DNA of 63,930 nucleotides, counting the filler. It is 9 parts of 9 records of this genome, joined end to end, with 100 filler letters (N's around TTAATTAATTAA, not from the genome) between each part and the next. Parts side by side here need not be neighbours in the genome. Positions count along the whole stretch, not along the records: positions 36,004 to 46,390 come from SRR7504441_8487; positions 46,491 to 54,103 come from SRR7504441_8489; 7 more parts are not named here. One strand, 5' to 3'. Below, one piece after another: positions 39,392-51,074 of this stretch. Under the pieces are notes generated by a model that ran no database searches, was not told the origin of the DNA, and was given only the letters and a program-made list of their open reading frames with translations. A program made the position numbers and the translations under genes. How positions within the stretch are numbered: position 1 is the first letter of the stretch; the number at the start of each line of letters is the position of its first letter.

Positions 39392-42300
39392 TCACAAGTG
39401 TGCAACCGCTAAGTCTAATCCATCCAACTCCTCGACCTGTGAGATCTCCAGCTCTTTATCTGACAGGAGCTCAAAGGCGAGCGATGTTCCAGCTGGTGGC
39501 TCATCAAAACACATAATATATGGGAACGGTGAAGGATCTAACTGAACAGAGAAGTTGAATGGGTGATCCGGCACAGCATGCCGCCAGATCCGCTTCCAGT
39601 CCATACCGTCCTTGTTGGTCTGAACTAGTCGGCAGGCGGAGGCAGCACGCGCATCCTCAAACTCAAAAGTGACGCGAGCCCGCACATTGGCCTTGATCGA
39701 GACACAAGGTGGTTTGCAGATCCGCGTGCCGACGCCCGGCAGCACAGAGATTGGCTGGTTGGTGCCCATCCGGCTGGTGGGCTCATCGATTTGCAGCTCC
39801 GACCACTGAGACACCATCGAGGCGGTCTGGAGCAGCCCGTCGCGGCCGAGCTGCGAAGTGCCCAGCACAACACTCACTTGGAAGAGCATCAAGCACTCGT
39901 ACAGGATGGACTCCTCTGCCATCGACGAGATGCGGCTGCTCTTGGCGTCGCCCCCATCGTTCTTGTGGAGGAGCTCATACACTGCATCCTCCAGGGCCTG
40001 ACTCTTCAACGACTCATACAGCTTGGACTCCTTGAACTTGTTGGAGACGATCCCTGAGGTGAGGCCAGTGTACGAGCCCATCAACTTGGCAAGGCCCTTC
40101 TCTAGCAGCATGAACGCAATGTTGTTGTTGCGCGCCAGCCCACCGAAGAATGGCACCTTCTTGCCACCCTCGTTAATGATGCACGGAATCCTGTCGTCAA
40201 TCACGACTGGCACCTGCTCATCACCAAAAGTAAACACCAGCTCGTATGCGCCATATGAGTTGAGGTCGCGCGTGATGAACATGTGCCCGATCCCATGAGC
40301 CCCTTCCCCGCTGGCCACCACAGCTGCCATCAGCCACGCATTCGCCCCAGGACCGCCCTCGGGCGAACTGACTTCGCTCAGGTCCAGCCTTGGCATGCCA
40401 TCGCAGATGTCACTGGGCCGGCACCACTCCACGTTGTGGAACCGATCCATCTTCCTGTCCTCCTCAAACCGGTAGTGCACCAGCGAGTCCAGGTTGGCCG
40501 GGAAGTCAAGGTCCACAAACGGCTGCTCGGTCCGCTTAGAGATTTGCACGGCGTCGTCGTAGGTGTACGCATGCTGTGGCGCACTGAGCGGCGCGCCTCC
40601 CAGCAGTACAACATTCGGGCTGCGGCCGTACTGCATTGCAGTCTCGTACGGGGTGCAGCCATCAGGGCCAGTCATGGAGAGGCACTCGTCAGCGCCAGGG
40701 GCCTTGACCAGCTGTGCCAGCACCTCCGAGTGCACTGAGAGACCCCAGATGGAGCACCAGTGGAGCAAGTTGCGCCCAGCGCCATCCACTGCATCCTTGA
40801 CTGCGCACCCTTGGGTGAGCAGCTTTTCGACTAAGGCTCCATGACCAAAGTAGGCGGCCCACCACAGAGGCTCCTCCCATGCCACTTGAGTCGAGATTGG
40901 CACCGGTGCGAGCTTCTCAGGCATGTCCATCACAATGTACCGGCCTCCACGCTCAAGGAGCGTCTCAACCACATCCATCATGTTCATCTTAAGAGCCCCA
41001 ATCATCAGCCGCTTCTGTTGCGGCTCGGTCAGCGGGTACTTGCGGATCAGCCACTGGTAAACCTTGTCATTCTTGCCCTCCAGAGCGTACTCGAACACAG
41101 ACTTGCCTGCAGTGTCCAGGAGGGAGTAGTCCGCATTCTTCTTCTGATCGATCTGGCGCACAGTCGACAGGTTTCCAGTCCGGGCAGCCAGCATGAGTGG
41201 AGTCTTACCATCAGCATCCTGGGCATTCGGATCCGCACCAGCCTCGAGCAGCATGTAGACCAGGGAAGCATTCTGTTCGTCTTTGCCATCAGCCGCGAGC
41301 AGAGCCTCGTGGAGCGGTGTGCGACCCCAGTGGCCTGGTGCTGAGACAGCGATGTTGGTGGCCTTGAGCAGCATCTCGACCACGCCTGAGTCCAGGTTGG
41401 TGGAGGCAATGTGCAGCGGTGCCACGTTGCAGGCGGAGCCCTTGCACTTGGCGTTCACGTCGGCCCCAATGCTCACCAGCCAGTCAATCATGCCGAGCTG
41501 CTTGTTGAGAACAGCTTGCGTGAGCGGAGTCTCTCCCTTGTCGTTGGTGGCATTGACCTTGGCACCCTTGTTGACAAGCTTGATGGCGATGCCCTTGGAG
41601 CCACGTGCAGCAGCCGCGTGCAGGGCGGTCTCGTTGTCGCAGTTGGTGTTGACTTGCTGAGCGTCAGCATCGTTCTCAATCAAGAAGTTGGCCACCTCCA
41701 CTGCCTGCTCGGTAGGCACGTTGTGCAGCAGCTCATGCACCATTGGCCAGCCGGAGCTGCCCATTGCTCCCACCTTATCGTTCAATCCGAGAGCCACGTA
41801 GTTCATGAAAGCCAACCTGTTGTCAGGCACTCCGCCCTTGAGCTCATTGAGCACACGAGTCATGAACTGCTGGCCAGCAATGCCGTGCAGCTTGGTGCTC
41901 TTGTCCATGATGGCCTTGGTGATGTCCGAATCGTGCGCGTCCATCGACAGAGTGAGCGGTGTCACGCCATCGACCTCGATGTCCACATCGGCACCAGACT
42001 CGATCAGGGTGAGAATGGTCTTCCGGCGCTGCTCGGCCAGCTTCTTGTCGCCCTCCTCTTGCGCCTTCATCATCGAGCCCATCATGGTGTGAAGGATGGT
42101 CCTGCCGTACCGGGCCTTGTTGTCCAGCAGTGCCTCGATCACAGCATCGCATCCAATCGAAATCGCCAGATCAAGCGGGTTGGTTCCATCCCACTCCTTG
42201 TTGACGTCACATCCTCGACGAATCAGCCGCACAGACATTGCCTGGAGCTTCTTGTACTCGTCAGAGTCCTCGTCATCGTTGGCCTTGATTGCCAGCATCA

Positions 42301-45300
42301 GCTTGTGCAGGAACGGCCGGCCACCCACGTCACAGTAGCCATAGGCCGACGACTGCTCCAGCACAAGCCCGCACACTTCCCAGAGCTGCGACTTGAGAGC
42401 CAGGTCAAAGAGCGTGCCAGACTGGCCCTGCACGTGCAGATCGGCGCCCTTGCTCAGCAGCTTGGAGGCCACATGATGCACGTAGTCGTCGCGCATATCC
42501 CGGGTCTTGCTGTTCGCCATCAGCCGGTAGAGCGCGGTGCTGCCGTCATCTGGGTCTGTCATGTCCGGATCGTTGGAAGATTCGAGGAAGTCGTCGATCA
42601 GCACCTCGTTCTCGCACCCAATTGCCACGTCGAGCATGGCACGGCCGTCGCACCGCACGTCCTTGTTGGCCCCAAGGAAGATGAACTCCTTGGCGACTTC
42701 ACAAAGGAACTCGTGCCGGTTGTCGTTTGGCTTGGTCTTCTCGAGCTCAAGGAGCACCTTGAACAGCAGCGTGGTCTGGTGGCCGTTCACGTCGACCAGG
42801 ACATCCACGTCCACGTCCTTCTCAAGCAGCATCTTGACCATCTTATAGTGACCAGCATCGATTGCAATTGACAGCGCGTTCGAGTGCTCCGCACCATACG
42901 CGACCAGCCGCATTGCAACTGACTCGAGGAAGATGTAGCTATCAGTGTCCTCCTTCTGGGAGGCCTCTGCCATCTGCTTGAGCACTTGGATCAGGATCGT
43001 GTCACCGGCCTCGTTCTTCTTGTCCACGTTCACCCTCTGCACCCTGATCGGCCAGTAGCCTGAGGCTGCAATCTTGAGCAGCCGCTCGACTACAAGCTCG
43101 GACACAGCAATGATTGCGAGCTCAAGAGGAGAGTTGTTGTGGTCATCAATTGTGTTGACACTCGCGTTCGCATCGAGCAGCGCAATCGCAGCCTTCTCGA
43201 GGAAGATATGCCGCTCCTTCTGCGCAGGGTTGGATCGGTCCTTGATTGACGCGAGCTCACCGAGCACTGCAATCAGGTATGGGTGGAAGTTGGGGTCGGC
43301 GCCGTGCTCGAGCATGGCAGGGACCAGCTGCTGGGCCAGCTGATCGTGCGGCTCCTCTGGTTCGATGTGTCCGAGCATGATGGCACGGTCGAGCGCAGTC
43401 TTGCCGTTCACTTGCTGATCCATGAGCGGCCGGCGGCTGACGATCACCATGGTCACCTCCAGGAACTGGGCAAGCTTGTCGATGTCCTCAGGGCTGTGCC
43501 CGGGCGCCTTGGCCTTCTTGCCGGCCTTCTCTACCATGTCCAGCGAGCAGAACAGAGGAGAGTTGATGCTCACGTCGCAGCCTGCTGTGATCAGCTTGAG
43601 CGCGATATCAGGCTCGTTGCCCTGGATGGCCAGTTCGAGCGGAGTCGAGCCGTTCGGCTGGACAGGGCTCGAAATGTCTAGCGAGTGCGATTGGATCAGT
43701 CCATCCATAATGTGTTGAATAAACTTACGGCGCTCAGGCGCAATGTCACCCTGCAGCTCTGAGAGCAATCTGTAGAACACGTCGATGTCGAACCGGGCGC
43801 CGGAGTTGACAAGCATCATTGCAAACTTCTCCTGGGACGCATCCATGGCCATCTGCATCGGGGTGCCCAGACCCTCGATTGAAGCGTTCACATCGGCTCC
43901 GTACTGGACAAGCAGCTCGGCTGTGCGGTGGAGGAAGTTCCAGCGGGGCGATCCCTCAGGCCACTCGCACTTGCAGACCTCTGTCGCGATCAGCAGCAGT
44001 GGGTTTCCGTGGTTGGTGTCAGCGCCACCCTTGATCAGGTCGGCTGCAATGTCTTCATAACCGTGCAGAATCGACAAACCGAGTGGGGTCTGGCCCTGGA
44101 CCTGCAGCACCACAGGCTCAGCAACAATGCACGTGGGCGGGGCCGAGCAGAGGCAGGCGGCATGCCCTCAGTGCCATGGGTTGTATTCACGTTCGCAGCG
44201 CGCTGCTAATCGCTCGAAAAGAGCAACACCGCAGGCAACTGCTCATAGTATGAAATACAAGGCGCATCCCGGGACTAGCGGCGGGCGGGGCCCACCTCGA
44301 TGTTGATGTCGGCCTTGCACTGGATGTAATCATGCACCATGTCCTCGATCTCCTTGATCCGCTCCTCGGACGGATTCTTCCCGAGCTCCTCGATCAACCG
44401 GAACAGCGGCGTCTTCCCGATGTGATCCCGGCTGTTGATGATGGCGTCGGCCACGTCGTGATGTCCGGCGTTTTCGGCCTGCAGCGACGGGTTGCACCCG
44501 AGCTTGTTTGCCACGGTGAGGTCGGCTCCCTTTTCGATCAGCATCTCAACGACTTCACGGTGACCCATCGAGGCCGCCCCGTGCAGTGGCGTGTCGCCGT
44601 CCGCGTCCACCACATTGTAGAAGGCTCCGTTGTCGATCAGATAACGCACGACAGTTGGGTCGCCACGCGCGCACGCACCATGCAGCGGTGTGGCGCCATC
44701 CTCGTCAGCATCGTTCACCGAGGATCCACGCTCGACCAGCCTGCGGACGATGCCCGGGTGGCCGCGGGTAGCCGCGCAGTGCAGCGGGGTCGAGCCGTTG
44801 ATTGACTTGCTGTCGGTGTCGCAGCCCTCCTCAAGGAGATAGCTTGAGACGTTGGTGTGCCCTCCCAGGCACGAGTAGTGAAGCACTGTCTGACCGTCAT
44901 GATCGACCGCATCCAGCGGCGCTCCGACACTGACCAAGTACCTGCACACCTCCTCGCAGCCCTCCTTGGCAGCAAAGTGGAGCGGCGTGCAGCCGCTGTT
45001 CTGAGCCTCGGCAAAGCTCGCGTGCCCGCGTTCGACGAGAGTGCGCACCACCGCGATGTTGCCCGAGGAGGCGGCGCAGTGGAGCGAGGTATTGCCCAGC
45101 GCGTTCTGCACCGGCCGGTCAGCTTAGCGTGCGGGCCGGGGGCACCTGGCCGTCGGGGTCTGCGCCGTACTCAAGCAGAAGGTTGACAATGTCGTGGTGG
45201 CCCTGTGTGGCAGCGAAGTGGAGCGCTGTGTTGCCGTCGTTCTGGGCCAGATTGACGTCCATCTTGAGCTCGCAGAACTTGGCCACCAGGTCGTAATGCC

Positions 45301-46096
45301 CGCGCGAGGACGCAAAGTGCAGCACAGAAGAGCCCCTGTTGTTGTAATGGTTGGTGTCGGCCTTGCCTTGCAGAAGCTGCTCCACCACCGCGCTGTGTCC
45401 GTTAATCACCTGCCCGCCCGGCTCGCCCGGCACGCGGTGCCGTCCGGCGCACCGCGTAGTGCATTGGAGTGTTCCCGTAGCTTCGACGAGAATTGACTGG
45501 CGCACCGACTGAGACCAAATACTCGACACACTTGGCGTGCCCGCCGGCGGCCGCCAGATGCAGTGGAGTGCTGCCTTGGTCATTGAGCGCCTGCCGCCCG
45601 GTTGAGCGCCGGCTGTGGCGGAGGGGGCGCCTTGAGGGCGGGGCCTTTGTCGTTGCGTCCGAGCAGCAGCCGGAGGACTTCGACGTTGCCGGTGGCGGCT
45701 GCGATGTGGCAAGGGGTAGACTTATCCTCCCGGGACATATCGATCTTCGCGCCCTGCTTCAACAGAAACCTGCCGCCCGCCGCTCGGCCGCTGCGCGCGG
45801 GCCGGGCGCCACCTCACGATGTCCACTTGACCCTGCTCGATGGCGTAATGGAGCGGAGTGCGGCCCGTGGCGTCCACCACATTGACGTTGCCGTCCATCC
45901 GCTCCCTGCGCCGGCCGGCTCAGCCGTCGGGGGCGGGCGCTGTGCACCATGACTTGGAGGCGAGCCCCGGCACCTTCTTCCGGTCGCGGGCCTGCTCCTT
46001 CTTCACCTGTTCGACCAGCGAGCGAACTGTGTTGCTCTCGCCGGCTGCGCATGCCCGATGCAACGCATCGATCGGAATGTTGGGCCGCGACGGCAT
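39392..46096 (-). CDS. Very large ankyrin-repeat protein with C-terminal degenerate calpain (CysPc) domain
   Basis: Many TPLHxA ankyrin repeats over short 5' exons and a long 3' ORF; calpain motifs PFVDLDFPA..SL, VEWCRP, NSYGAY, VVIDDRIP, LLEKGLAKLMGSYTGLTSG. Introns include 45591-45630, 45410-45452, 45106-45145, 44102-44295. Confidence 0.85.
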
Positions 46097-46214
46097 CTCC
46101 TCTCCACCAGCCGGAGGATGGAGGCACGAAACCGCTGTCGCGTAACGGCTCTCGAGAAGAAAATCGCGGGGGAGAAAAATGCTGGCCTCGGTGGCGCGGC
46201 GTGGCTGCCTAGCC

Positions 46215-46390
46215 ATGGCGGCCCGGGGGCTGGGCGCGCGGGGTGCGGGGGTGGGCGCGGGGGTGTTGGTGCCGGTGCCCCAGACCGACGCCGAGTTCGT
46301 CAGCCGGGACACCCGGCTGATGAGCAACAAAGACTGGGTCAACTACAAGGGCCACAAGCGGGTGCGCCCGAGTGGGGGGGGGGGGGGGGG
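46215..46390 (+). CDS. 5' fragment of a gene, possibly WD40 (THOC3-like start)
   Basis: TDAEFVSRDTRLMSNKDWVNYKGHKR followed by a GT donor; too short to be sure. Confidence 0.3.
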
Positions 46391-46584
46391 NNNNNNNNNN
46401 NNNNNNNNNNNNNNNNNNNNNNNNNNNNNNNNNNTTAATTAATTAANNNNNNNNNNNNNNNNNNNNNNNNNNNNNNNNNNNNNNNNNNNNCGCGCCGTTG
46501 CATGCACTAGTTACTTACGGGAGCTTAAAATGAACTGCTGTTTGGACGCCCTATGGACGCCCGCAGCGGGCGGTTATAGGGCGA

Positions 46585-48077
46585 TTAGCGGGCTGTGCGG
46601 CGCCATTGGCGCAGGGCGAGCAGGTTTTTCAGGACTTCCTCACGGAAGACAAAGTCCTTCTCGAAGTTTGCCAACACCTACAACACTGTCATGCACAGAC
46701 GAGCAGTCGCAATTTACCTCTAGCACATCGACTTGCAGCGGCCGGCTGATGACAAACTTGTCCACCCATTTTGGAGCAATCTTCGGACGCCAACAGCCCT
46801 TGCGCTTGAACGCATATGCCGTTGCGTCGTTCGACGACTGGCATAGCATCAGCGGGTTGATCTTTGGCTGTCCGATGTACTCGAGCGCGTTCACAACCTG
46901 CCAAAGGCTTACCACCATCTACGCAGTGGGACCTACCGCCATCTTCACCATTGCGCTCAGGCTGATCGTCTCGAACGTGGGCACCAGCTCACTCTGCCCA
47001 AGAGTGTCTTCCACGGAATTCACCTGTGACCCGTCAATGCCCAAAGCGCGAAGCCAGCACCATAAACGCGAACTTCCTCTCGTATGCCTGAGGTGCAAAA
47101 GTGACCGCGGCAGCAGCCGCGTTCACAACCACGCCAGCAAGCGAGAGCATCAGCGCCTCCTCCTCGTCGGTTGGCAGAGCCTCCTCCTTGAGCTCATTCC
47201 ACCTGCCCGGCCTATCAGCCCCGGCCCCAACTTGCAGCGAACCTGATTTCCTCCACGCACGGTGTGCATAGCCGCTCGCCGCTTGTCTTCTCCACCGGAG
47301 CACACTTGTCGCAAACGCTATCGCCACAGCCCCTGGCAAAAGTCACGGCACCGGCAAAAGTCACGGCACCGGCAGTGATGCTGCCAGGTGAACGTGCCAA
47401 ACTTAGCACCACAAATGGCGCAATAGGGCTCCTTCGCCCACCTGCCGGCCCTATGGCTGACCGGTTCTCGTGCAATACTTACTCATTCTCTGGAACCGGG
47501 AAGGAGCGCGAGGATTGAGTTGGGAATAGCTCCTGCTTCACAAGCGCCGGCGATGATACCTGCATCTCCCTCCTGCCATTCTGGCCGGGGGGGTCACCGG
47601 AGTCGCTAGCCTGGACGAGATGCACTGCCGCAGGGTCTCGGCATGCTGCTGGGCGGCGGCCTTCCGGTTCTTCTCGTTTTCTTCGGCAAAGCTCTTGAGC
47701 ACGGCGCTGAGGTTGGAGCTGTTGTCCTGCACACCAAGGGTCAGCCAACGCCCGACCGGCACCCCGCCAGTTACCTGCCCCACTTGCGCGATGCACTTCT
47801 CACTTGACTCGGTCAACTTCGCGACCACGCGCTCATTTGACTCTGTCAATTGAGCGACCACGCGCTCGTGGCTCTCTCGTTGCTCCCGGCCCTCGATCTG
47901 GAGCACCCCTACTTGGCCTTCGGCTACCTGCACGCGGCCCTGGCTCCTTGCCAAATTGCGCATGAGCGCCCTCTCGCCATCAGTCCGGGCAGGCCGGGGA
48001 GCAGCAGTCGTGAGCTGTGGCGAAGGCTCTGGCGAGCCATCACCCCTGAAGCGACCCCAGACAGTGGAAGCCATCAC
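46585..48077 (-). CDS. Coiled-coil plus FYVE zinc-finger protein, multi-exon
   Basis: Spliced VPENEWAKEPYCAICGAKFGTFTWQHHCRGCGDSVCDKC..GERLCTPC; about eight 37-48-nt GT-AG introns keep the frame open to TAA at 46585. Confidence 0.75.
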
Positions 48078-48115
48078 CCGTTGGCCATCACCGGTTGCTA
48101 CGAACCGCGGTAGAG

Positions 48116-48366
48116 CTATCAGCTCGTTCGACCCGCGTCACCCCAGCTTGGCGATTTTGATTTTGGTGCGACTTTTGTGCGATGTTATCCATGGCCATGC
48201 GTTTTTCTGTACGTACTGCGCGATCTGATACACTGACACTACACTGACACCCAGACCTCTCAGCGAGCAGAGAGGCACGAGCTGGCACGAGGCAAGGTCT
48301 AAGTGTGTACTAGATAACAATGTTACCCCATGCGCTCTCCCGAACGCGGGTCGAACGAGTTGCTAG
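48116..48366. mobile_element. MITE-like element with 23-bp terminal inverted repeats
   Basis: CTATCAGCTCGTTCGACCCGCGT (48116-48138) matches the reverse complement of 48344-48366 at 21/23 with a perfect 16-bp core; non-coding interior. Confidence 0.45.
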
Positions 48367-48569
48367 TGACGGCCTTAATTAACATGTTCCATCCTTCGGA
48401 TTCCGTCCATCTAATTCTTGATCGCACTTTCTGTCTTCTGCTTACTCGCTTCGGGCTGATCTCTAGTGCTCATAGCTAATGGGCTGGTGTTTACTACGTG
48501 TTAAATAAGCTGAAATCATTAATTATCTCTCCTTATACTGATCAAGGACATATCAAGGACGATAGCTTG

Positions 48570-51018
48570 TTACCGTCGAGAGTAAACCGGGATAGTGTCC
48601 AACGGCGCATCAACCGTCAGCGACTGGCCACCCTTGATCACCTTCGTAGGGTCCTTCCCGAGCACATCGAGCCAGTCCGCCCCCGCTGGGAAGTACAAAG
48701 TGCGGGTCGTAGCATTCTCAATTGTGACAGGGGCGACCAGGTATTTCGGGCCGAGCATGTACTGATCGTTGATACCCGCGCACTTGGGGTCAGCGGGGAA
48801 CTCGAACGCCAATGGGCGCATCGTAGGAACACCGCGGCTAGTGACGTTGCGGTCGAGCTCCCGGATATATGGCTTGATGACCTCAGTCCGGAGGCGGACC
48901 ATCTTCTCTAGCATAACCTGCGTGGCATTCCCGTACGACCAAATTTCATTGAAGCCACAAGAACCTTGCGCAGGAGTGCACTGCTTGGTATCGGGTTCAG
49001 AAGGCCCGGAGCGGCAGCCGTGCGTGCGGAAGACGGGTGAGAAGGCGCCAAATTGATACCACCGGACGATCAGCTGCTGCATGTAGGGGTCTGTGGGCGA
49101 TTTGGACTCGCCACAGCCATATCCACCGACGTCAGTGGTCCTGCAACACATTCATCGCAAGGTCAGAGTTGTGGCAATCGGCAGAGGCTTACCACCACGG
49201 GATTCCTGACATGCTCGCGTGCACGCCCTGCGGCACCTGCGAGGCCAGTTGCTCGAACGACGAGTGGATGTCACTGCTCCATAGCACGATCCCGTGTCGC
49301 TGACCACCGGCCCACACGCCTCGTGTGAGCACCAGTGGCGGTGCGAGCTGCCTGGGCTGGGCTGCGACAGGCTCCGAGTACATTGACAGCCATTCGTTCA
49401 CCCAAAGGTTAGAATATGAGGCCGCTGGGCCGTACGAAGTATTATACCCGTAATCGCCATCGCCTCCTCCTGCAGTGCCCTCGCCGTCCGTCTCATCGAG
49501 CCAGTACGCGTCCACTCCCTGGTCGTAATAGCGTGGTTTGAGCATTGTCGACCAGACGAGTTCCCGGCACGCAGGAATGGTGGCATCGAAGGCCAGCCCT
49601 CCCAGATCGGGATTGATGAGGCAGCCCGCCTTCCTGAGAACTGAATACTCGGCGCTAGCCGCCTGCACCTCCGGCCAGAATGAGTACATTAGGGTTGCGT
49701 TCAGCTTCTCCCGGACACCGGACGCCAGTGCGCTCACCGACGGGTAGCACGCTGGATTGGGGGCAAAGTCGCCATCATGCAGCTGATTTTTGTAGTCGAT
49801 GACAAGAACCCCAACCTCCAAGCCCAGCTGTTGGTAGCGATCGGCGATCGAGAGAGCGATGTCGCTCGATTTGTATCGGTTTCGGCTCTGCCAGAAGCTC
49901 ATTGCGTCCTCGCGCAAGGGCGGGGCGTGCCCCGTGGCGTCGGCATACTGGTGGTAGATCTGGCCCAGGCTGGGCGGTACGGTCTTGGCGGGCAGAGCTG
50001 TCACCCAGAAGTCCAGGTATAAGGTTGCCTGCTGCGACCAGGCTGCGCCACCCACTCCATGCGCGCCAATCTGCACCGCACCATACCCCGGCATGTTGAA
50101 GAGGAAGCCGTAACCTGCGGTGCTGGTCACAAACGGGATCGAGACGTGAAACTTCCGTTGCTGTAAGTTGACCGACTGGCCGTTTCGCTCGATCGGTACA
50201 ATCTGAGCCCCAGCTAGCCCCGCTGCGGGGCAGCCACCCTCAGGAGTCCAGCCGCCTTGGCCTAGCCCATAGATGACTTCCGACTTGTCTCCAGCCGTCA
50301 CAGTCAAGTTTGCAGCGAAATATCCGGCGCCGGGCGCAGGAAACGGGGTGGGCATCACCCAGGACACTGCTCCAGGGTGTGGCTCGAGCCCCCACGACGA
50401 GGGCCCTTTGTACGGGCCTTTGTCTGACATGTCGCACATGAAGCAGCCTTTGTTGGCGCTGTTGTATATCGCATAGTTCACCCGGTGGGTGCCCGACGCC
50501 TTGACCGCGGCCAGGCAGTCGGCGGCTGAGTCGGCTGACCCTGTGGATCCATCATACTCCGCCCCTGAGCAGGTCACGCTCTGGTTGACCACCGGCTCCC
50601 AAGCCGCCTCCGGCTTGTGGCTGGCTGCCCCGTTGAACGTAAAGCTGGGCTTGGCCGAGAGCAGCAGAGCCCCGGTGTCGGCACGAGTGAACCGGAGTGT
50701 CCCGTCTGGGCTTAGCTGGGCCTCAAGGTTGCCGTTGAGCGTCTTGGCGCCGCCGGGCACCGGGGCGACGGCTGCACCCGGGGTGCAGGTGGTGCTCACC
50801 ATCGCGCCGGCCAGGTCGCTCATGTTCTTGGCCGCCAGCGACTGGGCCAGCGCCTCTTGGGCCGCCGCTGCGGACGGCGGCAGAGAGCTCGGGGCGACGC
50901 GCACGCGCATGCTGTTCTCGCACCAGGGGGTGAGGGTGACCTTGCCGGCTGGCGTCGGTGTCCCGGCACTGGCCGTCGTCGCGAGGAGCAGAGCAGCTGC
51001 AGCGGCCCACACACTCAT
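48570..51018 (-). CDS. Secreted glycoside hydrolase family 31 (alpha-xylosidase/glucosidase-like)
   Basis: Signal peptide, IYGLGQ, YADATGHAP, FWQSRNRY, LVIDY, WLDETD (nucleophile), WSSDI (acid/base), SGIPWW-TTDVGG, RWYQFGAFSPVFRTHG, DQYMLGPKYLVAPV; one intron near 49140-49191. Confidence 0.95.
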
Positions 51019-51074
51019 GCCCGACGAGGCCTGCTGGACGGCCGTTGGCGGCTCGGGCCTCCGGCGGTGTCGCT

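Noticed and set aside
43037-43072. Possible non-canonical in-frame intron (IAASGYWPIRVQ insert in an ankyrin repeat)
   Set aside because: Ends in a good TGCAG acceptor but has no GT or AG|GC donor at a suitable position; the frame is open, so it cannot be decided without RNA reads.
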